A DNA stretch of 64,000 nucleotides from Candidatus Latescibacterota bacterium (GCA_963422735.1 OY730476.1:256001-320000); one strand, 5' to 3'. Positions 18,716-28,846 are shown, counted from the first letter of the stretch. The notes: generated by a model from the sequence alone, not told the origin. Made by a program: numbers and translations.

Positions 18716-20653
18716 ATGCAAAGCCTGACCGCCAATATCCCGCTCAACGCGCCGGCCCACTGGGCCGTGTGGCAGCGCCGCCTCTTCGATGCTCTCGACC
18801 AATCGGTGCAGCCTTTCCTCGATCACTTCACCCGCGAAGACGGCGAATTCATCTGGCAGGACGAGTGGGGCGGCGGCAGCCCCGACGATTTCTATGAGCC
18901 TTTTTTTAATTGGCCGCTCGTTTATCTAATGGGCGGCGGCGAGCACCTGTTGCACTTGGCCGACCGCCAGTGGGAGGCCATCACCCGCCAACTGACCCGC
19001 TTGGGCACGGTCAGCAAGGAATACGGCATCCGCGAAGATCAGATGCACCAAGCCGAAAGCGATATCTGCTTTTACCACTTGTGTCTGGCCCACCCCAACG
19101 CCCCCCGGCGCGTCGAACGGGCCTGCCGCTTTGCCGGCTTTTACCTCAACGAAGACCCCGAAGCGCAAAACTACGACCCCGAGCACAAAATTCTGCGCTC
19201 GGGCCTCAACGGCAGCCACGGCCCCTATTTTGCCCCGCTGGCCGAGCGCGACCACCAAAGCTACAATCCTTTGGGCGGCAGCATGGAAGTGTACGACCTG
19301 CCCTTTTTCGACTTGCCCGGCATCACCTGTGTGCAGGACTTGGCCGACCCGGCCAAAGCCCGCCTAATGGGGCAGACCCTATTCGACCGCTGGCGTCAGG
19401 GCGACACTCCGACCAACTTGGCCGTCACTTCGCTGGCTACCAACGCCTTTCTGATCACTGGCGACGAAAAATACCGCGCTTGGGTCGTCGAATACACCGA
19501 CGCTTGGGTGGAGCGTGCCCAAGCCAACGGCGGCATGCTGCCGGACAACGTCGGCCTGTCGGGCCAAGTGGGTGAATACTGCGCTGGCAACTGGTACGGT
19601 GGGCGCTACGGCTGGACCTTTCCGCACGGCTTTTTGACGTTGCAGAAAGCCACTCTCGACGCAGCGGCGAATGCCTACCTGTTGACCGGTGACCGCGCTT
19701 ATCTCGACCTGCCACGCCAGCAGATGGATCGCATCTTGGAACAAGGGCGCATGGAGGATATTCGCGACCAGTACATGAGCGTGGCTGAGCGCTGGGCGAG
19801 TCAATTTGCCGCCATGGGCGAAAAGCGCGCAACTTTTTTGGTGCCCTACCGCTACGGCGACGCCGGCTGGTTCGACTGGCAGCCCATGAGTCCGGTGTAC
19901 CCGGTGACGCTGTGGAATCTGTCCATGGACGCGGGCGACTGGGAGCGCATGGAGGCCATTCGGCAAAAAGAAGCATTCGATTGGGCTGCGGTGTTCCCCT
20001 TCCACAACAAAGAGGACTCGGGCCACGAGGCTCCTTGGGTGCGCTTTCTGGCCGGGGCCAACCCGGCCTATCCAGAGCAAATGCTACAGGCCACGTACCA
20101 AGTGGCCGGTCGCCGCTTGGCCCAACTGCGCGCCGACCAAGACGTGGGTACTCGCCACCACGTCCACCACTGGCAATGGGGCAATCCCGTCTCCTCCGAA
20201 GCGCTCATCCAGCTAACTATGGGCGGCCCACAACCCATCTACAACGGCGGTCTGCTGCACGCCCGTCTGCGCTACTTTGACGCCCAACGCCGTCGCTCCG
20301 GCCTGCCCGCAGACGTCGGTGCCTTGGTGAAAAAGATCGCAGCAAACCGCACGGTCGTGCGCTTGGTCAATTTGAACCACAACGAGGACCGGGAACTGGT
20401 CATTCAAGGGGGTGCTTTTGGCGAGCATCGCTTTGGCCGAGTTGCGTATCAAAGCCGCACCAGCGAGTACCCGGGCTGGATGGGCGGCTATGCCGGCACG
20501 TACGCAGCGCCGCCCTTGGAGACTGAGGAGCGTCAACTAGCCGTTGATGGCAAGCACCTGAGCATCACCTTACCGCCGCATTGCGAAATCACCCTCGATC
20601 TGGAGACCCAGCGCTACGTCAACAAGCCTTCCCACCACGCCGGGCCGTTTTAA
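18716..20653 (+). CDS. Conserved hypothetical protein, possibly an alpha/alpha-barrel enzyme
   Basis: 645-aa ORF with an RBS (CAGGAG); motifs DDFYE.F.NWP, PDNVG.SG.VGE, WYGG.YGW and LP.DV.ALV. Confidence 0.75.
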   Translation: MQSLTANIPLNAPAHWAVWQRRLFDALDQSVQPFLDHFTREDGEFIWQDEWGGGSPDDFYEPFFNWPLVYLMGGGEHLLHLADRQWEAITRQLTRLGTVSKEYGIREDQMHQAESDICFYHLCLAHPNAPRRVERACRFAGFYLNEDPEAQNYDPEHKILRSGLNGSHGPYFAPLAERDHQSYNPLGGSMEVYDLPFFDLPGITCVQDLADPAKARLMGQTLFDRWRQGDTPTNLAVTSLATNAFLITGDEKYRAWVVEYTDAWVERAQANGGMLPDNVGLSGQVGEYCAGNWYGGRYGWTFPHGFLTLQKATLDAAANAYLLTGDRAYLDLPRQQMDRILEQGRMEDIRDQYMSVAERWASQFAAMGEKRATFLVPYRYGDAGWFDWQPMSPVYPVTLWNLSMDAGDWERMEAIRQKEAFDWAAVFPFHNKEDSGHEAPWVRFLAGANPAYPEQMLQATYQVAGRRLAQLRADQDVGTRHHVHHWQWGNPVSSEALIQLTMGGPQPIYNGGLLHARLRYFDAQRRRSGLPADVGALVKKIAANRTVVRLVNLNHNEDRELVIQGGAFGEHRFGRVAYQSRTSEYPGWMGGYAGTYAAPPLETEERQLAVDGKHLSITLPPHCEITLDLETQRYVNKPSHHAGPF

Positions 20654-20852
20654 GCCATTCACGCCTTTGTGAACGTGCCGTTTAGAGATGAAAAGACGCC
20701 TTTGATTTTTTCCGGCCTAGAGGAAGAAACAGGTGTTGTCCGCGAGCTGATTTCCATGTATCTGACGAAGTTTTATGGGTTATACGGCGCGATGGCAGAC
20801 CATCGCTACCGACCACTGGTAGTCAGGTAGGTTGTAAGAGCATCCCTTGTCC

Positions 20853-21410
20853 CTACAAAGCGGCTAGGACGGCTGCGACCTGTGGGTGCTGCCGTCCTAG
20901 GATCAAATCCGCGTAGCGGGTGGTGGGCTGGATGTGGCGGCGGTACATTGGACGGATATGCTCTTGGTATTGAGCGCGGATCGAGATGGGGGAACGGCCG
21001 CGCTCCAAGCAGAGCGCGTCGGCGGCGACAAAGAGGCGCAGGTGGTAGAGGGCGTTGATGTCGGGCTAGTAGAGGGCAAAGAGGCCCTCGACGAGCAGGA
21101 AGTCGGTGGGGGTGAGGTGGTGTTGGGTCGCTTGGCGCGTATGAGTGGTAAAGTCGTACACTGGGATTTCGACGCGGTGACCGGCGGCTAGCTGGCAAAG
21201 GTCCGCGGCGAGACGCTGGTGATCCATGGCCTCGGGTGCGTCGAAGTTGACGCGGGCCCTTGCGGGTGAGGAGAGGGCAGCCAAATCGCGATAGTACGCG
21301 TCTAGAGAGAGCACAGTGGCTGGGCCGGGCAGGCGGGTTTGTAGATTGCGGTCGAGCGTGGTTTTGCCCGCACCGGGTGGTCCGGCCAAGCCGATGAGGC
21401 GGGGCAGCCC
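20853..21410 (-). pseudogene. udk: Uridine kinase pseudogene
   Basis: IGLAG..GAGKTT, SLDAYYRD, VNFDAPEA, IPVYDFTTHTR and VEGLFALY, then an in-frame TAG at 21066 and a disrupted C-terminus. Confidence 0.8.
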
Positions 21411-21411
21411 T

Positions 21412-23106
21412 TTAGCTTTGGAACCAAGCGGCAATGGCTTTGCGGTCGAGCGCGTTGGGGATGTCGGCGGCGCGGAGCCAGCCCTTGCGAGCGATACCAA
21501 TGCCATAGCGGAGATGGTCTAGACCGGCGATGCTGTGGGCGTCGGTGTTGACGGCGATTTGGACGCCGTGGTCGCGGGCTTTTTTGACGTGCCGCCAGTC
21601 GAGGTCGAGCCGCGCTGGATGAGCGTTAATTTCAAGGCTGACCCCATAGCGGGCGGCGGCTTCGATGATTTGTTCGATATCGACGGCGTAGCCCTCTCGG
21701 CGGAGGAGCAAGCGTCCGGTTGGATGGCCGACGATGGTGGCAGCCGGGTGCTCGATGGCGCGGACGATGCGGGCGGTCATGGCGTTGCGGCTCAGGTTGA
21801 AATGCGAATGAACCGAGACGACCACGAAGTCGAATTGCGCGAGCAGGTCGTCGTCGTAGTCGAGCGAGCCGTCGCCGCGGATATCCGACTCAACGCCCTT
21901 GAAGATGCGGAAGGGAGCTAGCGTCTCGTTAAGCCGGTCAATTTCCTCCCATTGGTGCTGGACTTGTGCAACGCGAAGTCCCCCGGCGTACGCCGCGGTC
22001 TGGCTGTGGTCGGCAATGCCCATGTACTCAAAGCCGCGTTCCTGCACGGCGCGGGCCATGGCCTCTAGGCTGTCGGCCCCATCCGAATAGGTAGAATGCA
22101 CGTGAAGCATCCCGCGAATGTCGGCGGCTGTTACCAACTCGGGCAGCGCGTTGGCAGCCGCGGCCTCAATTTCGCCTCGGTTCTCGCGCAACTCTGGCGG
22201 AATGTAGGCAAGGCCCAAGGCGGCGAACAAAGCCGCTTCATCAGCGCACTCGATGCGCTCATCGCCGCGCCAGAGACCGCGTTCGTCGAGGACTAGTCCG
22301 CGCTCGGCAGCCCTAGCGCGCAGTGCGGCGCGGTGTTCCTCGTTGCCTGTGTAGTAGTGTAAGGCCGCGGGGAAGGCATCGTCTGGGACCACATGCAAGT
22401 TGGCTTGCAGCCCGTTGGACAGCCGCACTGCTCTTGGTGCGAGGATTTCGGCGATATCCGGGTGGACGGCAAAAGTCGCGTTCGCGGTATCGGCGTCGAT
22501 GGTGCTGACTACGAAGTCGAGCTGTTGAACCGTCTCTCGCGCTCGGCGCAGTTTTCCGGTGACGGCGAGGCACTGCGCGTGGGGGCGCAGAGCTGCGAGC
22601 AGGCTTTGAGCACTTTGGTGCGCGGTATCGGCGCGGCAGTGGCCCTCGTGAGTGCGGATGTACTCGACGCCCTTGAGGATGGTTTCTTGGGTCTTAGGGC
22701 CGAAGCCCTTGAGGGCGGCGAGCTGGCCGGCGCGGCAGGCTTGTTCGAGGGCGTCGAGGGTCTCAATGCCGAGGGCCTTGCGGATGGCGTTGATCTTGCG
22801 CGGCCCCAACCCGGGAACCTGCAGCATGTCGAGCAGACCCGCCGGCGTTGCGGCCCGCAGCGTTTCATAGGCTTGGGCCGTGCCGGTGTCGGCGAACTCG
22901 GCGACCAGCTCGGCCACGCTGTCGCCAATACCTTTGACCTCGGTCAGGGTCCCGGCGGCGAGGAGTTCGTCGAGGGGGGACGTTAGGGTTTCGAGGGCGC
23001 GTACGGCGTTGGCGTAGGCCCGGACCCGGAAGGGGGAGGCTCCGCTGAGTTCGAGGAGGGTGGCGTACTCTTCGACAAAATCCGCTGCGGTCCGGGCCGT
23101 TATCAT
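21412..23106 (-). CDS. polX: PolX-PHP (DNA polymerase X / 3'-5' exonuclease)
   Basis: PFRVRAY, VKGIG, VPGLGP, YIPPELRE; PHP motifs HVHSTYSDG, ADHS, GHPTGR and NTDAH. Start placed at MITART. Confidence 0.92.
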   Translation of the reverse strand: MITARTAADFVEEYATLLELSGASPFRVRAYANAVRALETLTSPLDELLAAGTLTEVKGIGDSVAELVAEFADTGTAQAYETLRAATPAGLLDMLQVPGLGPRKINAIRKALGIETLDALEQACRAGQLAALKGFGPKTQETILKGVEYIRTHEGHCRADTAHQSAQSLLAALRPHAQCLAVTGKLRRARETVQQLDFVVSTIDADTANATFAVHPDIAEILAPRAVRLSNGLQANLHVVPDDAFPAALHYYTGNEEHRAALRARAAERGLVLDERGLWRGDERIECADEAALFAALGLAYIPPELRENRGEIEAAAANALPELVTAADIRGMLHVHSTYSDGADSLEAMARAVQERGFEYMGIADHSQTAAYAGGLRVAQVQHQWEEIDRLNETLAPFRIFKGVESDIRGDGSLDYDDDLLAQFDFVVVSVHSHFNLSRNAMTARIVRAIEHPAATIVGHPTGRLLLRREGYAVDIEQIIEAAARYGVSLEINAHPARLDLDWRHVKKARDHGVQIAVNTDAHSIAGLDHLRYGIGIARKGWLRAADIPNALDRKAIAAWFQS

Positions 23107-23888
23107 CGGTTTTGATCCCGCATCAGGCAGAGAATGTGCGATACCAACGACGCGTTGCCCGCGGCGAGTCCGCCGGAGATGAGGGTATCTGCTTGGTTGT
23201 AGGTCCGCACTTGGTGGTCGCACGTATGCATGAGTCCGCCGGCCTCGCGTACTAATAGGTCGCCGGCGCAGACATCCCACTCGTTTTTGTCCGCGATGCT
23301 GAAGTTGAGGTCGCAGGCTCCGGCAGCGACTAGGGCCAGCTTGTACGCGACGCTGCCGACCGGGCAGATTTCGCCGATATGTGGGCGAAAGGGGTCGATC
23401 TCGCCGCGTTTGGTCTCGCTGCGGCTGACGACGGCCGTGGCTTGGCTGAGGGATTGGACCTCGCTGCAAAACACGCGCTGGCCGTTGCAGAAGGTGCCAC
23501 TACCGGACACGGCGGCGAAGACTTCCTCCTGCGCGGGGTTGTAGATAACCGCTAGGGTCGGCTCACCGCCTTCGACTAAGGCCACGGCGACCACGTATTC
23601 GGGGATGCCTTCGACAAACTCGCGGGTGCCGTCTATTGGATCCACGATCCACACGGCTTCTTTGTTTAGGCGTTGGCGGTCATCGACGGTTTCTTCGGAG
23701 AGCCAGCCGCAGTCTGGGCGCAGATCCCGCAGGGCTTTCTCGAGGTAGGCGTCGGCTTGGAGATCCGCCGTCGTCAGGGGATCGTTCCTGTCTTTGTAGG
23801 CGACCTCAAGTGGGCCGCCGAAGTACTGCAAGGTTAGCCCCCCGGCCTCGCGGGCGACTGCTATGGCTTGTTGGAGTTGGGCCTGCAT
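23103..23888 (-). CDS. cysQ: CysQ/inositol monophosphatase-family protein
   Basis: PLTTAD, WLSEE, WIVDPIDGTREF, GSVAYK and EWDVCAG..LVREAGG. Confidence 0.85.
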   Translation of the reverse strand: MQAQLQQAIAVAREAGGLTLQYFGGPLEVAYKDRNDPLTTADLQADAYLEKALRDLRPDCGWLSEETVDDRQRLNKEAVWIVDPIDGTREFVEGIPEYVVAVALVEGGEPTLAVIYNPAQEEVFAAVSGSGTFCNGQRVFCSEVQSLSQATAVVSRSETKRGEIDPFRPHIGEICPVGSVAYKLALVAAGACDLNFSIADKNEWDVCAGDLLVREAGGLMHTCDHQVRTYNQADTLISGGLAAGNASLVSHILCLMRDQNR

Positions 23889-23963
23889 GAGAGCGTTTGA
23901 AAATAGGGGTTGGCGTTGGATGGAGCAATAGGATGTGCCGCGTCGAGTGGAGGCCATGGCCGC

Positions 23964-23993
23964 TTGACAAGACAAAGAGGCGTCGGGTAGATT
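23964..23993 (+). promoter_or_regulatory. Putative sigma70 promoter
   Basis: TTGACA-18 bp-TAGATT in a divergent intergenic region. Confidence 0.5.
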
Positions 23994-24030
23994 GAGAAAG
24001 CAAAATCGACATTTTCAAATGAGGTGGAAC

Positions 24031-24657
24031 ATGCGTTGGACTATATGGATTTGGCTGGCGGCGATCCTGCTGGTGGCACGTGGGGCCGAGGCGGCCATGG
24101 AGACAGAAGAGGTGCGGAGCCTGCTGGAGAAGATGCAGGCCGAAGAGGCGTGGGGCGAAGCCGTGCTTACCGATGGCCGGGTGCGCTCGTTACGCGTGGA
24201 GGAGCTTGAGGCGGATTCGGTGGCGGTCGTCGAGGTCGTCGGTGCCTTGCAGGAGCGGGAGGCCGCATACTCGCTGGCCGAGATTCGCACGCTGCGCACG
24301 TTGGGAACGCATCGCATTCAGTCGCGCCACGCCGCGTACCAACAGCCAAAGTCCGGGCTATTGGCCTTCCTGCTAGAGCTACCGGTGCCGGGCGCGGGGT
24401 ATTTCTACATCGGGGAGCACAAACAGGGGCTTGCGCTCATGGGCTTGACGGTGACGGCTGTCGGGACGGCTTTTCTGACCGGTGCAGAGACTGCGGCCGG
24501 TTGGGTGCCGCTGTCGGCGTGGGTCAAAGTTGCGTCGCTGGCCCATCTGCGCGACCAAGTCCAGTCCATCAACAAGGTGGCCAAGAGCGTAGAGTTAGGT
24601 GCTCTGCCCGGGCGCGAAGCTGCCGTCCCGGCTTTGCGGCTGAAGCTGTCTTTTTAG
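24031..24657 (+). CDS. Hypothetical exported/membrane protein
   Basis: Signal peptide, KS..LA..L...PGAG.FY.GE motif and C-terminal LKLSF. Confidence 0.65.
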   Translation: MRWTIWIWLAAILLVARGAEAAMETEEVRSLLEKMQAEEAWGEAVLTDGRVRSLRVEELEADSVAVVEVVGALQEREAAYSLAEIRTLRTLGTHRIQSRHAAYQQPKSGLLAFLLELPVPGAGYFYIGEHKQGLALMGLTVTAVGTAFLTGAETAAGWVPLSAWVKVASLAHLRDQVQSINKVAKSVELGALPGREAAVPALRLKLSF

Positions 24658-24709
24658 CGGCGCAAGAGACTGCGCTTGATTGGGCTTTTAACGGTACGCG
24701 GAACACGTC

Positions 24710-25150
24710 TTGCACATCAACTATATAGTCCAACCGGATAACCAACTAGGAAACGTTCTATCGAATATGCTCGATGCCGACCCTCCGGCGTCGAGCATCG
24801 TTTTTGTTTCAGCCTTTGTGAGTGTTCAAATCCATTATACGCGAATGGGTTAGCGGTATCCGTTTCGTGCTCGGAATAGACCTTGGAGGCACTAGCCGAG
24901 AGGTACTTGCCGAACTTCTCGAATGGGATATAGATGTTCGCATCATCAAACACCGCATTCCAAGACATACCTTCCACCCGAAGCTGTATTTCTTTCAGTG
25001 GACCGATCGCGCAGCCGTCACTATTGGATCAAACAATATGGCGGAAGGGGGATTTTTCGGAAATTACGAGGGCGCGGTTTGCATTACTTATTCGCTTCCT
25101 GAAGAAACCGAAGCCACTGCACGTAGCCAATTGGATCGCCTTCTTCAACC
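24710..25150 (+). pseudogene. PLD (HKD)-type restriction endonuclease remnant
   Basis: IVFVSAFV, a frameshift, then GIDLGGTS.E.L, TFHPKLYFF and IGSNNM..GG...NYE; truncated; lower GC. Confidence 0.75.
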
Positions 25151-25690
25151 GGATGGCCGTAGAGGATTGATGTCGCAACCAAGCGTCCGTTGCCCATTCA
25201 GATAGCCTTCCAAGAGGGTTGTACCGCTCCCGCAGAATGGGTCGAATACTCTAGCGCCCGCACGGAGGGCACAAACATTCATCAACCCTTTGGCAAGTTG
25301 CGGATAGAACTTCCCCTTGTAGGGATGCAGGCCATGCGTGACGTACTGGGGATCTTTGCGAGCCGAAGGTTGTCGTGCGAAGCCGTTTTCGAGGATAGCG
25401 TGCCACGTAGGCTCACTGTCAAATGCCGTCAGTCCGACTCCGTGAGTAAATACGAGTTCTTCGTACTGAGGAAATGCTTCCTCCCAATCGAGCGCGTATT
25501 GGCCTCCTTCTTCTCGGGCAAGGGACGCACTAAGCTCTGTTTCATACAGGTATCTTCCCGCCCTCGACATCGGCTTTCTCCTTCATATTCTGGGGAACAA
25601 AGTATTTTCCCAGAATATCCGTGTCAATTACGTCCAACAGGATTAGGGATCGAGAATAGGCAGCAATCGGCCCTTGCGGGAGCCGGTTTT
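25145..25690 (-). pseudogene. Amino (N4/N6) DNA methyltransferase remnant
   Basis: THGLHPYKGKFYPQL, FDPFCGSGTTLLE and GCDINP, truncated where it meets the convergent nuclease remnant. Confidence 0.75.
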
Positions 25691-28600
25691 TTATGCCTTC
25701 CAGACGCGGCCAATCCAAGCTCTTAGATCCATGGCCAAGCTGAGGAAGGTGGGTACTAGGAAGAGGGTGAAGAGCGTGGATAGCAGCAGGCCGCCGATGA
25801 CTACGCTGCCCAAGCCGCGGTAGAGTTCGGACCCAGCGCCGGGAAAGATGACTAACGGCAGCATCCCCAAGGCGCTGGTAATCATGGACATGAAGATCGG
25901 CCGTACGCGACTGAAAACCGCGTCGCGGATGGCTTCTTTGAGCGAGATTTGGGGCGCGTCGCGCAGGATATTGAGCGTCTGGTGGACGATGAGGATGGCG
26001 TTGTTGACCACCACGCCGACGAGGATGACGAAGCCGAGCATGGTGAGGATGTCGAGCGGCTGATAGGTCAGCGTGCGGTTGACGACCTCCAGCCCGAGAA
26101 TGCCGCCAGCCAGCGCCGGAGGTACGCTGAGCATGATGACGAAGGGGTAGAGGAAGCTCTCGAAGAGCGCGGCCATCAGTAGATAGGTAATCACCAGTGC
26201 CAACAGGAAGTTCCACTGGAGGGCTTGGCGGGTGCGCCGCAGGTCGTCGGCCGAGCCGGAAAGCTCGATCTGGTAGGGCGGAGCCAGCTCGCCAGAGTCA
26301 AAGAGGGGTTGGACGATCTGGGCTTGGATAGAATCGAGGGCCGTCTCCAAGGGAATGGTTTCCGGCGGGATGACTTGGATGGTGATGGCCCGGCTGCGCT
26401 CGATGTGGTTGATTTGCTCGGGGCCGGTGGTTACTTCGACGCGAGCCACGGCGCTGAGCGGCACCAATTGGCCGCGCGGGGTGTAGATGGGCAGGGCCGC
26501 AATATCTTGGGTGCGGAACCAATCTTCCTCGCCCCGCAGTACCAAGTCGATTTCCTCGCCCTCGAACTGATAGCCATCAACTAGGGCACCGTCTAGTAGC
26601 GCGTTGACCGCCGAGCCGATGTCCCGGGCCGAAAGCCCACTGTCGGCGGCGCGCACTCGGTCGGGGTGGATGCGGACTTCTGGGTTGCCCAAGTCGAGGC
26701 TGGGGATGGGGCGGGCTTGGGCACCGGGCACGACTTGGCGGACTTGGCCGAAGACCCGGCTCCCCAGCCCGATGAGGCGGCCCAGATCGGGACCGGTGAT
26801 CTCAATGTCAATGGCCCGCCCGCCACTCCCACCGCGCTGAAAGAGGCTCGATTGCTGCACGATGGCGAAGGTGCCCGGCACTCCGCCGAAGACCGGCCCT
26901 TGGATGACTGGGATCAGTTCGCGCACCCGCGCTGGATCGGCCGAGCGCACGCCCATGAAGGCCGAGCGGCCAAAGGCCACGAAGAACATGTTGTCAACTG
27001 GCGGCCCCGGCAGCGCTTGGGCTTGGGGACTATCCGGGGTCGCGGCCGCCTCCCAGTGGGGCCGCAGGGCGTCCTCGATGGTCTGGCCGACTTGGATCAG
27101 CTCGTCGAGGTTGTAGCCGGGCGGCGGCAGGACGATGCCGAAGACTAGGTTGCGGTTGCCGGTGGGCAGGTATTCGGATTTGGGCAGCAGGGTCCAAGCG
27201 ATACCCAGCGAGAGGCCGACCAGCCCGGTGATGACCCCCAAGCGCAACAGCGTGCTGCCGCTGATGCGGAAGACGGTTTGGGCGATAAAGGTCCGCACCC
27301 GGTTGCCCCAAGCGGCCAGCGCACCCCCGCGCTGCTTGTCGCTGCCGAGGATCTTGTTGGCTAGGCTGGGGATGACGGAGATGGCCACGACCAAGCTGAG
27401 CACCACCGAGCAGGAGACCGCGATGGCGATGTCGCGGAAGAGCTGACCGGCCTCGTCCTCGACGAAGACGATGGGCAGGAAGATCGCCACCGTGGTCAAG
27501 GTGCTGGCCAGGAGTGCCCCCCAGACCTCCGAGGCCCCGTCAAGAGCCGCGCGGGCGCGGGTTTTGCCCATCTGCTGATGGCGGAAAATATTTTCGAGCG
27601 CGACGATGGCGTTGTCGATGACCATGCCCACCGCAAAGCTCATCCCGGCTAGGCTAATGACGTTGATGTTGCGGCCCAAAAGCCACATGGCCAAAAAGGT
27701 GCCGACGATTGAGATCGGGATGGCCGTGGCGATGATCGCCACCGAGCTGACGCTGCGCAGAAAGATGAAGAGCACCATCACAGCCAGCGTGCCGCCGACG
27801 ATGATGTTGGAGCGCACCAAGCCGATGGCGCTCTCTATGTAGTCGGTCTCGTCGTACACCTGAGTGAGAAAGAGGCCCTCGCGGGCCAGCGGCCCCTCGT
27901 TGAGTTCCCGGATGGTGTGGCGGATGCCGTCCATGACTTCGAGGACGTTGGCCCCGGTCTCGCGCTGGGCGTTGATTGCAATGGCTGGTCGGCCCTTTTG
28001 CCGCACGGCGGCCTCGGCGCGGACGTAGCCGAGGCGGGTGCGAGCGATCTCGCCGACGGTGACCCGGGTGCCATTGGCCGAGCGGACGACGACCTGCTCG
28101 ATGTCGCTGGGCTGTTGGTACTGGCCGACGGTGCGCACGATGTAGCGGCGCTTGCCCTCGTCAAAGGCCCCGGCGCTAGTATTGGCGTTTTCGCGGGTGA
28201 GGGCTTGGGCTAGGTCTTGCACGGTGAGCTGGCGCGCGGCTATGGCCTGCGGATCGACGATGACCTGTAGCTGGCGGTCGTAGCCGCCATAGACGTTGCT
28301 CCGGGCCACGCCAGGCACGCGCTCGAGGGCGGTTTTGACGACTTCCTCGGCGTAGTCGCGGTAGCGCTCGACATCCTGTTCGTCGCGGCCGGGCAGGGCG
28401 TCGAGGATCAGCCAAGTGATGGCCCCGCTTGGGCCAGTGCCGCCGGCCGAGAGCACGGGCCGCTCAGCGTCGAGCGGATAGCCGAAGACTTGGTCGAGCT
28501 TGTTGGAGACCAACAGCAGCACCGCGTCTGGATCGACGCCGACGTTGAATTCGAGGGTGACGACCCCACGGCTGTCGTTGCTCTCGCTGGTCATCAGCAC

Positions 28601-28831
28601 CAGTCCCTCGACGCTTTTGAGCTGTTCCTCTTGGCGCTGAACGATCTCTTGCTCGACTTCTTCTGGGCTAGCTCCTGGCCACAAGGTAGTGACCGCGATT
28701 ATGGGCCGATCGACGTCCGGGGTGAGCTGAACGGGGATGCGGAAGAGGGATATCAGGCCGAAGAGCGCGACGAAGAGCACGCCGACGACTACGCTGACGG
28801 GCCGCTTGATGGCGGTATCGACTAGGCGCAT
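25691..28831 (-). CDS. RND efflux permease (AcrB family)
   Basis: 1046 aa; GMVIDNAIVALENI, STLTTVAIFLP, GVVVNNAIL and RVRPIFM. Confidence 0.95.
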   Translation of the reverse strand: MRLVDTAIKRPVSVVVGVLFVALFGLISLFRIPVQLTPDVDRPIIAVTTLWPGASPEEVEQEIVQRQEEQLKSVEGLVLMTSESNDSRGVVTLEFNVGVDPDAVLLLVSNKLDQVFGYPLDAERPVLSAGGTGPSGAITWLILDALPGRDEQDVERYRDYAEEVVKTALERVPGVARSNVYGGYDRQLQVIVDPQAIAARQLTVQDLAQALTRENANTSAGAFDEGKRRYIVRTVGQYQQPSDIEQVVVRSANGTRVTVGEIARTRLGYVRAEAAVRQKGRPAIAINAQRETGANVLEVMDGIRHTIRELNEGPLAREGLFLTQVYDETDYIESAIGLVRSNIIVGGTLAVMVLFIFLRSVSSVAIIATAIPISIVGTFLAMWLLGRNINVISLAGMSFAVGMVIDNAIVALENIFRHQQMGKTRARAALDGASEVWGALLASTLTTVAIFLPIVFVEDEAGQLFRDIAIAVSCSVVLSLVVAISVIPSLANKILGSDKQRGGALAAWGNRVRTFIAQTVFRISGSTLLRLGVITGLVGLSLGIAWTLLPKSEYLPTGNRNLVFGIVLPPPGYNLDELIQVGQTIEDALRPHWEAAATPDSPQAQALPGPPVDNMFFVAFGRSAFMGVRSADPARVRELIPVIQGPVFGGVPGTFAIVQQSSLFQRGGSGGRAIDIEITGPDLGRLIGLGSRVFGQVRQVVPGAQARPIPSLDLGNPEVRIHPDRVRAADSGLSARDIGSAVNALLDGALVDGYQFEGEEIDLVLRGEEDWFRTQDIAALPIYTPRGQLVPLSAVARVEVTTGPEQINHIERSRAITIQVIPPETIPLETALDSIQAQIVQPLFDSGELAPPYQIELSGSADDLRRTRQALQWNFLLALVITYLLMAALFESFLYPFVIMLSVPPALAGGILGLEVVNRTLTYQPLDILTMLGFVILVGVVVNNAILIVHQTLNILRDAPQISLKEAIRDAVFSRVRPIFMSMITSALGMLPLVIFPGAGSELYRGLGSVVIGGLLLSTLFTLFLVPTFLSLAMDLRAWIGRVWKA

Positions 28832-28846
28832 GACAGACAGCCTATC

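Noticed and set aside
20654-20830. Lower-GC stretch as another cassette relic
   Set aside because: No translation in any frame that I could recognise, and no clear boundaries.
23107-23469. N-terminal extension of the 685-aa PolX ORF
   Set aside because: It overlaps cysQ in another frame; PolX similarity starts at 23106.
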